This document shows, piece after piece, positions 9,115 through 18,212 of a DNA stretch of 64,000 nt (position 1 is its first letter; the number at the start of each line of letters is the position of its first letter). Source of the stretch: Victivallaceae bacterium (GTDB taxonomy: Bacteria > Verrucomicrobiota > Lentisphaeria > Victivallales > Victivallaceae); the NCBI GenBank assembly GCA_045538635.1, contig JAZSRU010000128.1:1044-65043 (forward strand), written 5' to 3'. The notes beneath the pieces were generated by a model that saw only the letters and a program-made list of their open reading frames with translations, was not told the DNA's origin and did no database searches. Both the position numbers and the translations under genes were made by a program.

Positions 9115-10095
9115 TCATTCCAATATACACTTTGCCTCTTCTATCAACTGCCGTTTGTAACTCATCGGCAGATAACTGTTCCGCGCTATACGCAGCAGAT
9201 TCAACCCCATATAAAACGGCAGCCGCGATGCAATCGAATGAAATGCCCGCATACGGTCAGGAAATCCGCCGCAATACTCATACAGAAAATGTCCGATATA
9301 CGGCTCTGATGCATACTTGCTGCCGGTACTCCGGAGAAAATAATGCTTCAACTCTCCCGCGATCCGTCCGACATCAAATACCCTGTCCGTCCTCTGCATC
9401 CGCTCCAAATCAAAAGTTATAACATAACTCCCCTCCCCGAAAAAGAAATTTGCCGGTGTGGCATCACCGTGCACCAGAACTTCCTGATCCTGATACATCA
9501 GTTCCATCCGGCGGTATTTATCACATAATGATTTCAAATAATATCGCTCATTGCGGTCGGCAAGAAAACTCAACTGCGCTACAACATGCTCAAAATAATT
9601 GCATACTTTATGAAAATCCACCATCACGGCCTGTGCGGACCGGTTATGCACCGTTGCCAGGAAATTTGCCAATGCGCTCAACTTGGAATAAAGATATTTG
9701 CTGTCATTATGCTGTATTGTGCGCATTATGACCTCATCAAGTGTTTCCCCGAAACAATATTCTGTAATCAGCAGGCAGTTTAAATTTTCATTACACCCGA
9801 GCGCACGCGCCGTATAATGGCAATTCCCAAGATACTTACGGAATTCATTGATATTGTTATACTCATGGTACATTTTACGCCTTGCCCGGTCAAAATCGCC
9901 GTCAGGCACAGAAAAAAATTTGCCGACCGCGCGCGCCCCGCTTTCCCGGTCCTCGTAAATGTAAACAGCATGCGATGAATGACATCCGAAAACCCGGAAA
10001 CCCTTTCTGCCGCTCCCCCCGATTTGCGGCATGATTTCATAACGCAGGTAATCAAATAATGGATCGCAAGCAGACAAATGCCCCAGATATTCCAT
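9115..10095 (-). CDS. aminoglycoside-phosphotransferase/choline-kinase-fold small-molecule kinase
   Basis: Catalytic loop LVHGDATPANFFF (HGDxxxxN) followed by FDLERM...D. 326 aa. AAGGAG RBS lies 5 nt upstream of the ATG. Confidence 0.75.
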   Translation of the reverse strand: MEYLGHLSACDPLFDYLRYEIMPQIGGSGRKGFRVFGCHSSHAVYIYEDRESGARAVGKFFSVPDGDFDRARRKMYHEYNNINEFRKYLGNCHYTARALGCNENLNCLLITEYCFGETLDEVIMRTIQHNDSKYLYSKLSALANFLATVHNRSAQAVMVDFHKVCNYFEHVVAQLSFLADRNERYYLKSLCDKYRRMELMYQDQEVLVHGDATPANFFFGEGSYVITFDLERMQRTDRVFDVGRIAGELKHYFLRSTGSKYASEPYIGHFLYEYCGGFPDRMRAFHSIASRLPFYMGLNLLRIARNSYLPMSYKRQLIEEAKCILE

Positions 10096-10224
10096 AAAAA
10101 CTCCTTTTTTCCGGCAAAAAATACCATAATTTATCCGAGGAGTTTTTTTAAAATAACCTTGTTCCGCCGCTTTGCAACCCGTAAAATAAAAAAGAAAAAA
10201 GTTATCACCGGCAAAAAACTGTAT

Positions 10225-10259
10225 AAAAAAAGTCTGTCCGCAAACAAATTACGGACAGA
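10225..10259 (-). terminator. rho-independent terminator (minus strand)
   Basis: On the minus strand, TCTGTCCG-11 nt loop-CGGACAGA is followed by C and T7 (plus-strand A-run 10225-10231). Confidence 0.65.
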
Positions 10260-10527
10260 TATAAGCAAAATATTATTTCAAAATACTCTATAATGAGCAT
10301 TGACTGATTATTTAAAAAAACAAGAGTCTTGAGGAATAGTGAATTGCGTAGGCAACGAACGGCAATACTCCAATCGGCTATTCGCGGTAAAAGATTTAAT
10401 TCATCATTCCTTCCCTGAATGGAAGGTTGAAGCAAATACTTCACCGCAAATAATGCCTGCCCCGCACCGGACGCTGCCACTCACGCGTCAGCGTCATACT
10501 GTGTTCGGTACAGAGCCTTTATTTTTA

Positions 10528-11829
10528 TCACATCTTGGCATACGGTCTGAATTCAGGCTCCGGAGTATCATGCAATGCCATATAACAGCAGGCATGACCG
10601 AGTGCCGGAGCTTCCTGCTTCAAAACAACTTTGCGGAAAGGTCTGTCAGAACCGCTGCCGAAAGAACCGCTTGCAATCAGATTATCTCCGGCTTCGCCCT
10701 CTGCAACAACTTCTTCCGTACCGTCAACACCTTCCAGCAAAAGCTTCCACGGAGTTGTTGAACGGAAATTGACCGAAAACCAGACTTCCTTTTCCGGCAG
10801 AAATTCAGGCGGCATCGCCCAGCTCAAACCGCCGACGCCGTCAGGATTATGCCATCCCCAATGGGTCCGAACCGGAAGTGCATCATCCCAGAAACCTTTA
10901 TCCCGCAAAACCCAGAATGTGTTTTCTGCAAGCGCACCATCCGCACACCAGTAATGAAGATCAAGCGGAGTAACATCAAACATCCCGCGATAACCTTCAG
11001 GAATATTCGTGCGGGTATGATTATCCAGCGGCTCAATGTAAGTGATTTTGCCGTTTTCAACCTCGACAAAACGCGACTCGCCCAGAGCTCCGGTCAAAAC
11101 GATTTTTTTGCCGTTCCAATCCCATGCACTGTTGAAATGCAGATGTGCGGCAAATACACCGATAACTTTCTCATTGTGTATAACTTCCTGAATCAGCGGA
11201 CCGGAATCCCACAGCAGACAACATGCATCATCATGGCAGCCGCCGGGAATAATATGAGTATGCAGCTGGATGATTACCGGCAATTCAGAGGAATCAATAG
11301 TCTGCTTCATCCACTTCTGCTGAGCTTCACCCAACTGATGAGTGGAGGCATCAAGCACTATGAAACGAACTCCGCATTTTTCAAAGTAAAAATAAGGTCC
11401 GAGCCCGTCATAAGCAACAATAACAGGCGGTTGTGCCGTGCGGTTGTAAGGTTCAGGCAGATTCTGCTGCATGGAGAAACATTTTGTATTGGCATTGAGC
11501 ATTTCAAACCAGTTGGTCGTCCATATCCAGACCGGATATTCGCCGGGATGAAAATTGAGTTCGATATCTTCCGGAAACCATGAACGCATTGTCTGCATAT
11601 AATCACCCATATCATGATTGCCGCGAATGAGAATACATTTCTCCTTGATGGGAGAATAGAGTTCAATAAAACGGGCATATTGTTCCGGGCGTCCGGCATC
11701 AGTCAAATCGCCGCAGACGATGACCATATCCGCTTCTTCTGCGCGTTTGATAATTTTTTCACTGGCTTTTTTTTCATACTCCGCAGAGGAAGTACCGATA
11801 TGCAAATCGCCTACATAAAGAATCTTCAT
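10528..11829 (-). CDS. calcineurin-like metallophosphoesterase with C-terminal extension
   Basis: Motifs YVGDLHIG, VCGDLTD, GNHD, and HTH...GCHD / AHLH. 433 aa. Confidence 0.8.
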   Translation of the reverse strand: MKILYVGDLHIGTSSAEYEKKASEKIIKRAEEADMVIVCGDLTDAGRPEQYARFIELYSPIKEKCILIRGNHDMGDYMQTMRSWFPEDIELNFHPGEYPVWIWTTNWFEMLNANTKCFSMQQNLPEPYNRTAQPPVIVAYDGLGPYFYFEKCGVRFIVLDASTHQLGEAQQKWMKQTIDSSELPVIIQLHTHIIPGGCHDDACCLLWDSGPLIQEVIHNEKVIGVFAAHLHFNSAWDWNGKKIVLTGALGESRFVEVENGKITYIEPLDNHTRTNIPEGYRGMFDVTPLDLHYWCADGALAENTFWVLRDKGFWDDALPVRTHWGWHNPDGVGGLSWAMPPEFLPEKEVWFSVNFRSTTPWKLLLEGVDGTEEVVAEGEAGDNLIASGSFGSGSDRPFRKVVLKQEAPALGHACCYMALHDTPEPEFRPYAKM

Positions 11830-12018
11830 ATAACCATACTCCGATATTTTGATTTATATAAAAGCTGTATAATTCTGCCGGAATTCCCGGCACCTGATAA
11901 AATTAGCATTGAAATAATGTTTTGTCAAACAGAAAAAAAGAAATATAAGAAACAATATAAAAAAATGCAGTCAACGCCTTCTCAAGCAGACGCCAACTGC
12001 ATTTTACAAATCAATTTT

Positions 12019-13332
12019 TTACAAAACACCGGCAATATCTCCGGATTGATAACCAAGTCCGGTTCCATCCAGAGTCGAAAGATCAACCATACCGCCGGTG
12101 CGTTTATACAACGCCGGATGACGGACGGCAAAATCTTTGGATACTTCGGGATAAAATTGCGGTGCATTGCACTCGACGCCCATGATAGTACCGATATACT
12201 GTGCGAGCCGGACATGCGGGATCATTGCCAGCATCGGATTGGAAAGATCCTGAACCATGAGCTGCATTTTATTTTCTTTTGCCCAGCAAGCGGAAAGAAG
12301 TGCGCCTGTTTGAGTTTTGCAAACTTTCAAAGCAACCCCGTTCCAGCCGAGTTGCCAGCCGAGCTTTACAAATTTCCAGTCATGCGCACTCTCGTCCATA
12401 AAAACCGCTTTGCGCGCAGAAACGCTGTGAATATCAATCTGATTTGCCTCCAGATCATACGGGAAAGGCTGTTCGACATAAAGCACTTTGTCATAAATTG
12501 AAGGCGCGATATCTTTCAATTCATCCAGAATACAATTTACATAATCCGGAGTTTTGACCAGACAATTGAAATCCGGAGAGAGATGTTTGACTCCATACTT
12601 TTCCGCAATTTCTCCAACTTTGAGCATCCGCTCCAAATCCCAGTCATGATCACTGCCGGTAAGTTTGATTTTCAGACAGAAAAGTCCGTCAGACTGCAGC
12701 CATTCCTCCAATGTAACCGGATAACCGTCAGCAGGTTCAGCTCCGGTACGCTCCGCATCTGTCAGCAGATCCTTGCCGCCGACCAGATGCCATACCGGAA
12801 GTTTCTCCTGAATTTCAGAAACAAAATAATCTGCCGGGTATTTACCGCTGAATTTCTCATCCCCGTAAAAATGCGCCAGATCATGATTCATATATTCTGA
12901 ATTGTAAGTGTCGTATGTATTTACACCGTTCACTCTGCCGAAAGCATCATGAAGCGCGATATCAAATACGCTGTTGCAGATCAATGCTGCAAGATGCGGG
13001 ATATCCGATGGAAGCTTGAAGTCATTGCCGTGTGTCATATGATCTTTGAACTCGCCGCAAATCCACATGGGAGCAAGACGGCGGCAGAATTCAATCATCT
13101 GCTCTTCGCGGTACTCAAAAGTCAAATCTCCGCTCGGCCACCCCCAGCCTACACTCAAAGGCGTTTCTCCATAACCGTCGGCAGTTTTACCGTCGCGGTT
13201 TCTGACTGTCATTCTGACTCTGGCGCAAGTGATCGATTCAATAACTGATGTTCCGAATTTCAGCGGCAGACGCATTTTGATCGGCAAAAAACCAACCTTT
13301 ACATCAACAATACAAACATCACTGTTTTTCAT
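12019..13332 (-). CDS. enolase-superfamily enzyme, muconate-lactonizing (MLE) subgroup-like (dipeptide epimerase / racemase / dehydratase class)
   Basis: KxK motif in FCLKIKLTG. Metal ligands in the expected order: SPDFN, YVEQPFP, FMDESAHD. Second catalytic Lys region ALKVCKTQTGAL. 437 aa. Confidence 0.6.
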   Translation of the reverse strand: MKNSDVCIVDVKVGFLPIKMRLPLKFGTSVIESITCARVRMTVRNRDGKTADGYGETPLSVGWGWPSGDLTFEYREEQMIEFCRRLAPMWICGEFKDHMTHGNDFKLPSDIPHLAALICNSVFDIALHDAFGRVNGVNTYDTYNSEYMNHDLAHFYGDEKFSGKYPADYFVSEIQEKLPVWHLVGGKDLLTDAERTGAEPADGYPVTLEEWLQSDGLFCLKIKLTGSDHDWDLERMLKVGEIAEKYGVKHLSPDFNCLVKTPDYVNCILDELKDIAPSIYDKVLYVEQPFPYDLEANQIDIHSVSARKAVFMDESAHDWKFVKLGWQLGWNGVALKVCKTQTGALLSACWAKENKMQLMVQDLSNPMLAMIPHVRLAQYIGTIMGVECNAPQFYPEVSKDFAVRHPALYKRTGGMVDLSTLDGTGLGYQSGDIAGVL

Positions 13333-13342
13333 TCAAACCTCA

Positions 13343-14161
13343 TCATGGAAAAACAAAACCATACGGTTCTTCACTGTCAAAACGGGTCCACGGCATTGAT
13401 TTTTCATATTTCAAAAATGCCTCATTTATCGTATCTGCAATAACGGCTTCTCCAATCTGCTGCAAAGGAGGAACATGCTTATCGCTGTCAAAAAGTGCAA
13501 GTTTCAACGGTCCTTTGATTTTGAAAGGTTCAACTTTGCCGATATTTGCCAATGCTTTTTTAACTTTTTCGGCAATCAATGCACAACTTGCCGCCGGAAT
13601 CATGGAACAAGCCTGATGCGGTGCAAGGGCCTCTTTGACCACAGCAGTTTCCACTCCGGGTATCTTGGAGGTAAATTCTGCACAGATTTTATCATCGCCT
13701 GAAACCATAATGACCGGAACATTGAAATCTCCGGCGATCGCCGCCGCCATGGTGCCTTCACTCAATGAAATATCACCATCATTGACCTGCCACAGAGAAT
13801 GCGGAGTTATCGCAAATTTCGTTCCCCCCATCGCATGCAGACCGATCATGATCATTGCATCAAAGGATGAATCAAGCTTGGGCAGCCAATGCGGCCCTGA
13901 ACAGTTATCGCCGTGAATGATTCTGCAGCGCGGATCAAGTTCCTCAAAAATAATATTGTAACCTGTTCCATGGCTGTCATTTACATAAACTTCATCAGCA
14001 CCTGCCGCGAAAGCCGCCTGAACTGCCGCATTCACCTCGGCAGTAAGCAGTTTATACATCCGCTGGCGGTGCAGAATATTTTCATAATTTGCATTTTTGC
14101 GGTCCTCAAAAAAACAGAATCCGGCAACTCCTTCAATGTCAGTTTGAATATAAATTTTCAT
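13343..14161 (-). CDS. M55 family D-aminopeptidase (DppA-like)
   Basis: N-terminus MKIYIQTDIEGVAG matches the DppA family start (MKIYIS.DmEG). Also DSHG and GLHAM motifs. The track ORF extends 4 codons further, to 14173. Confidence 0.75.
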   Translation of the reverse strand: MKIYIQTDIEGVAGFCFFEDRKNANYENILHRQRMYKLLTAEVNAAVQAAFAAGADEVYVNDSHGTGYNIIFEELDPRCRIIHGDNCSGPHWLPKLDSSFDAMIMIGLHAMGGTKFAITPHSLWQVNDGDISLSEGTMAAAIAGDFNVPVIMVSGDDKICAEFTSKIPGVETAVVKEALAPHQACSMIPAASCALIAEKVKKALANIGKVEPFKIKGPLKLALFDSDKHVPPLQQIGEAVIADTINEAFLKYEKSMPWTRFDSEEPYGFVFP

Positions 14162-14162
14162 T

Positions 14163-15323
14163 TCAAACCTCATCTATTTTTACAATTCTGCCTTCAGCGG
14201 CACTCTTGACAGCTGCAAAAGCAATCCTGGTCGCCATAACAGCGGCATCAACTCCGCAGACTTCTCCGCGTTCACCGTTGATCTCATCAGCGAAAAGATC
14301 AATTGCAATGGCATGACCTTTGTTTGGTTCGGCAGTAAACTGCAGCATGGCATCATTTTTCTCTGCCGCCTCTGCGCATGCTGCTGCTTTTTTAGCCAGC
14401 CAGCCGTTGATTCCGCCCTCTATTCCGACTTCAGGATGTTTATCATTCAACAACGGATATTTGATAACCGCAGGCACATCAGGAATACCGCAGGTACGGA
14501 CTTCGCACATATGATCTACAACTACTACTGCACCGTTGCCCATTGCTTCATAAAGTTCTTTGGGATAGCCGAAAGTTCCATTTGCGCAAAGGTTCAGAGA
14601 GGCGATTTCACCTGTTTTGTATTTGATAATGATCGCATGATTGAGCATCCCGGTTTCCATAGCGACAACTTCTTCGGGTTCAGCATCCATAAACCAGTTG
14701 CAGATATCAGTAAAATGCGTCATTTCAAAAAGCATCGGACCATGCGGAGCCTGAGTTTTGTCAAAAACCCAGCTTTTCCAGCTGTACCAGTCATCATTGA
14801 TACGGACATTGAAAGAAGCTTTGCCGTCGCTTTCGAGCTGCGGACGGTCCTTTTCACGATACCATCTCCATTTGCACTGCTTATTATCCTGCATCTGCTG
14901 ACGGAAAATACGGTGAGCTTCAATCATTGCCGGACTGCTGCGGCGGTTATGTCCGACACAGAACGGAATATTATATTTATGAACTATCTTCTGGATTTCG
15001 TACATTTCGGGCAGATTGGCGGCGAGCGGTTTTTCGACATAAACAGCCTTGCCGTTTTCAGCGGCAAATTCGATAACCGGCTTGCGCAATTTTTCAGTAG
15101 TTGCCAGACAGATCGCATCTACATTGGGATCGAGAATAACAGCTTTCCAATCTTTGGAAATGACAGGAACATTGTATTTTTCCTTGCACTCCTGCAATGC
15201 TTCATCAGAGAGATCACAGCAGGCATAAAGATTGACTTTTTCAGACTTGGCGATATTGGGAATGTGCTGCTGACGCGCCAACGCACCGCAGCCGATCACT
15301 GCAAAATTGATTTTCTTACTCAT
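14163..15323 (-). CDS. Gfo/Idh/MocA family oxidoreductase
   Basis: Rossmann N-terminus KINFAVIGCGALARQQHIPNI and an EKP motif (VYVEKPLA). The start was chosen at the second ATG, which is preceded by GAAAGG; an alternative start is at 15338. Confidence 0.8.
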   Translation of the reverse strand: MSKKINFAVIGCGALARQQHIPNIAKSEKVNLYACCDLSDEALQECKEKYNVPVISKDWKAVILDPNVDAICLATTEKLRKPVIEFAAENGKAVYVEKPLAANLPEMYEIQKIVHKYNIPFCVGHNRRSSPAMIEAHRIFRQQMQDNKQCKWRWYREKDRPQLESDGKASFNVRINDDWYSWKSWVFDKTQAPHGPMLFEMTHFTDICNWFMDAEPEEVVAMETGMLNHAIIIKYKTGEIASLNLCANGTFGYPKELYEAMGNGAVVVVDHMCEVRTCGIPDVPAVIKYPLLNDKHPEVGIEGGINGWLAKKAAACAEAAEKNDAMLQFTAEPNKGHAIAIDLFADEINGERGEVCGVDAAVMATRIAFAAVKSAAEGRIVKIDEV

Positions 15324-15347
15324 ATTAAAACCTTTCATAAAAAGTTG

Positions 15348-16388
15348 TTATAATTCAATACATTTGCCGCTGCGGGCAGATTCATAAATCGAACAGATGA
15401 CTTTTACCGCCCGTTCTCCGTCTGCGGCAGTTATCCCCAGCGGTGCATCATCCAGAATTGCAGCTGCAAGATCAGTTATCTGCCGTCTGTGACCTTCACA
15501 GGTTATGGCGCGCGGATCACTTGACCCGCCCTGCAGGCCCTCGCCTGAAGCATATTTTTTCAGGATTTCCGCATCTTCAGGTTTTTCCTCTGCGAACTGC
15601 CAGCGGATTATTCTGTCATCTTCCAGAATAACGCTGCCTTTGGTACCGGAAAGCTCAATGCGGCGCGGAAATCCCGGCGCACATGCGGTGCTTGCTTCAA
15701 TATAACCGATCGAACCGTTTCTGAATGTAAGCAATGCTGCAACGGTATCTTCGACTTCAATTGATTTATGCAGAATATTCGCACTTCTGGCATTTATCTC
15801 CGAAACATCTCCATTAAAATACAACAGAAGGTCCAAAGTATGAATCCCCTGATTCATCAAAGCTCCGCCGCCGTCAAGCGCCCATGTCCCGCGCCAGCTG
15901 CCGTTGAGATAATATTCCGGTGAACGATACCAGCGCACCGAAGCAGAAGCAAGCACCGGAGTTCCGAAACGCCCCTCTGCAATGGCTTTTTTCACAACTT
16001 GCACAGTTTCACCGTAACGGAGCTGAGCAACCGGCGAGAGAATAACGTTATTATCCCGGCAGGCTTTAAGCAGAGCTTCAGTCTTTTCAATCGTTACTTC
16101 GACCGGCTTTTCACAAAGAATGTGCTTACCGGCATTGGCAGCGGCAATCGCGACTTCCCCATGCAGACCGCTGGGTACAGCAACAGTTACAGCTTCGATG
16201 GGAGAAGCGAGAAATTCCGCAAAATCAGCTGCAAATGCACACCCGTTATCCTCCGCAAATTTCTCCGCCCGTTCAACAACTTTGTCATAGACCATGACCA
16301 GCTCCGCATTTTCTGCCAGACGCAGAGCGTCAGCGTGCATTTGAGCGATCATGCCGGTTCCGATAATACCGAATTTCACTTTTTTCAT
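15348..16388 (-). CDS. Gfo/Idh/MocA family oxidoreductase
   Basis: VKFGIIGTGMIAQMHADAL and ILCEKPVE motifs. The start ATG lies 1 nt after the nagA-like stop; an alternative start is at 16406. Confidence 0.8.
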   Translation of the reverse strand: MKKVKFGIIGTGMIAQMHADALRLAENAELVMVYDKVVERAEKFAEDNGCAFAADFAEFLASPIEAVTVAVPSGLHGEVAIAAANAGKHILCEKPVEVTIEKTEALLKACRDNNVILSPVAQLRYGETVQVVKKAIAEGRFGTPVLASASVRWYRSPEYYLNGSWRGTWALDGGGALMNQGIHTLDLLLYFNGDVSEINARSANILHKSIEVEDTVAALLTFRNGSIGYIEASTACAPGFPRRIELSGTKGSVILEDDRIIRWQFAEEKPEDAEILKKYASGEGLQGGSSDPRAITCEGHRRQITDLAAAILDDAPLGITAADGERAVKVICSIYESARSGKCIEL

Positions 16389-16389
16389 A

Positions 16390-17295
16390 TCAAATCTCCA
16401 TTCCAAGCAGTTTCAGAGCATTATTGCGGCCAAGAGCCAGCAATTCCGCGTCCGTCAGGAAATCCATATCCGCAAGATGTTTCATACACATATCCATCGT
16501 TGCAGCAGCAGCGACCAGACATTCTTTCTCCTGATTGTAAAATTTTCCGTCCTCTGTCAGCACCGCGCGATTGCCCCACAGCTCATATTCTCCGGGAGGA
16601 CAGCCGCAAATCGAACACGCATCGCTGGTAACGATCACATTTTCAATGCCTTTCACTTTCAGAATAATTTTTATCAAATCATCCGGCAAGTGATGTCCAT
16701 CGGTAATTATCATTGCCGCCATCCGATCCTCGGCAAGTCCGGCCAAAAGAGGATTTTCATGGCGGTTGAGCAGATTCGGACAGGCATTGCCGAGATGAGT
16801 CAGCAGTCTGCCGCCGGCATCTGCCGCACGGTGAATATCTGCATAAGTTGCCATATGATGTCCGAAGCTCGGAATTATACCGAGTTCTCCGGCACGGCGC
16901 ACCGCTTCCGGCACAGACGGAAAATCAGCGGAAAAAGTCATCACCTTGATAAATCCTTCAGAAATATTGAAATATTTTTCCACATTTTCCGCACTGCACT
17001 CTACAAAAAATTCAGGATTATGTGAACCTCTGGCACTGATCATCGGCCCTTCAAGATGGATACCGGGAACATTTTTCTGCAAACCGTACTTTTCGACTGC
17101 ATTTTTTATCAATGGCAGATTGCGGCGGTAAAGTTCCTCCGATGAAGTAATTACTGTTGGCAGGAAAATTTCAGTTCCTGCCGCATACAGTTCCTCTGCC
17201 GATCTTGCAAAATCGTCCGCAGTCAGCGACGGAGAAGAATAATCAACTCCGTTATGACCGTTGACTTGAAGATCGACCCACATTTTTTTATTCAT
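16390..17295 (-). CDS. nagA: N-acetylglucosamine-6-phosphate deacetylase-like amidohydrolase, catalytic barrel only
   Basis: Colinear with E. coli NagA from the DxQxNG motif onward: WVDLQVNGHNGVDY, LPTVITSS, GIHLEGP, SFGHH, LTHLGNA, VTSDA. It lacks the N- and C-terminal beta-sandwich segments. The start at MNKKMW overlaps the nagB stop by 8 nt. Confidence 0.65.
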   Translation of the reverse strand: MNKKMWVDLQVNGHNGVDYSSPSLTADDFARSAEELYAAGTEIFLPTVITSSEELYRRNLPLIKNAVEKYGLQKNVPGIHLEGPMISARGSHNPEFFVECSAENVEKYFNISEGFIKVMTFSADFPSVPEAVRRAGELGIIPSFGHHMATYADIHRAADAGGRLLTHLGNACPNLLNRHENPLLAGLAEDRMAAMIITDGHHLPDDLIKIILKVKGIENVIVTSDACSICGCPPGEYELWGNRAVLTEDGKFYNQEKECLVAAAATMDMCMKHLADMDFLTDAELLALGRNNALKLLGMEI

Positions 17296-18040
17296 ATTTA
17301 TTCTCCAGCAATGATGCCGCCTCTTCGTCCAGGAAAACATTATAATTGCTGTGATTGCGCATGATAGTTGCAGGAACCATATTGGTTATCGGTCCTTCGA
17401 GAGAAAGTTTCACCGCTTTTGCCTTGCGGGTATCAGGAACAGTATTGACGATAACTGCGGCAGACATAATCTGTTTGCAGCTCATGGTGATTGCATATTT
17501 CGGAACTGCATCCATGGTCGGAAACCAGCCCTCACCGTACTGCTGATGACGGCAGACCTCGTCCAATGCGGCAGTAAGATATGTGCGCTCAGTATCAAAA
17601 TCAGCCGGGGGGTCATTAAATGCAACATGTCCGTTTTCGCCGATACCGACAAAGGCAACATCAATGGAAACTTTTTTGATTTCACGGTCAAGTTCATCAA
17701 TCACCTTTTCCACATCATCGGCATCGCCGCAAATGGGATAAAACTTTCCGACAGACTGCGGCAGACGGTCAAGAATTGTCTTGTGCAGATTCAAGCGGAA
17801 AGATGCCGGATGTTTGTCATCGAGTCCGATATATTCGTCAAGATGAAAAACATTTACCTTGCTCCAGTCGATTCCCTCTTCCGCAATCAATGCATCATAG
17901 GTCTGATTCTGACTCGGAGCGCAGGCGAGAACGATATTGGCAACGCCTTTTTCTGCGATAGCTTTGCGGATAAAGGCTGCACCGCAGCATGCGGCTTTTC
18001 TGCCCATTTCAACTTTGGAACTGCTGATAGATACTTTCAT
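17288..18040 (-). CDS. nagB: glucosamine-6-phosphate deaminase
   Basis: Motifs FHLDEYIGL, GIGENGHVAFNDPP and ITMSCKQI. The start was chosen at MKVSISS; the track ORF begins 14 codons upstream. Confidence 0.85.
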   Translation of the reverse strand: MKVSISSSKVEMGRKAACCGAAFIRKAIAEKGVANIVLACAPSQNQTYDALIAEEGIDWSKVNVFHLDEYIGLDDKHPASFRLNLHKTILDRLPQSVGKFYPICGDADDVEKVIDELDREIKKVSIDVAFVGIGENGHVAFNDPPADFDTERTYLTAALDEVCRHQQYGEGWFPTMDAVPKYAITMSCKQIMSAAVIVNTVPDTRKAKAVKLSLEGPITNMVPATIMRNHSNYNVFLDEEAASLLENKYE

Positions 18041-18063
18041 AAAAAAACTCACTTTCCATATTT

Positions 18064-18081
18064 TGCGCAACTTGTTGTGCA
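18064..18081. promoter_or_regulatory. candidate LacI-family operator upstream of nagB
   Basis: Imperfect palindrome TGCGCAA-CTTG-TTGTGCA lies 24-41 nt upstream of the nagB start, in the divergent nagB/LacI intergenic region. Confidence 0.25.
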
Positions 18082-18212
18082 TTTCAATAAAAATACTATA
18101 CTCACTTTTTTTGATTTATCAAATTTTTTTCATTCTTTTTTCTCAAAAAACAGCTTTTTATTTGAAATACGGCATTTATGCCTTATATTATGCCCGAAAG
18201 GATTTGCAGAAA

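Noticed and set aside
10260-10527. A known riboswitch or housekeeping RNA (cobalamin, TPP, FMN, SRP/4.5S, 6S) in the metallophosphoesterase-kinase spacer.
   Set aside because: Only short fragments resemble conserved boxes: CCTGCC, GCCACT, AATAATGCC and GAATGGAAG. They are in the wrong order or orientation, and key elements such as CUGAGA, GGUCCGGAAGGAAGCAGCC and GGGAA..GGUG..UCC are absent.
11830-12018. An apparent terminator hairpin after the enolase-superfamily gene (TGCAGT...ACTGCA).
   Set aside because: Only 6 bp are truly complementary. The flanking similarity (CAACGCC / GACGCCAAC) is a mirror repeat, not an inverted repeat, so no convincing stem forms.
11614-12501. Long plus-strand ORFs antisense to well-supported minus-strand genes: 10849..11583, 11614..12501, 14313..15353, 17351..18433, 31691..32464 and 51316..52215.
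   Set aside because: Each lies entirely opposite a gene with clear family motifs. Their translations are low-complexity with odd composition (Phe/Ile/Cys/His-rich) and no motifs, and they lack RBSs. They are a typical artefact of stop-codon-poor antisense frames.
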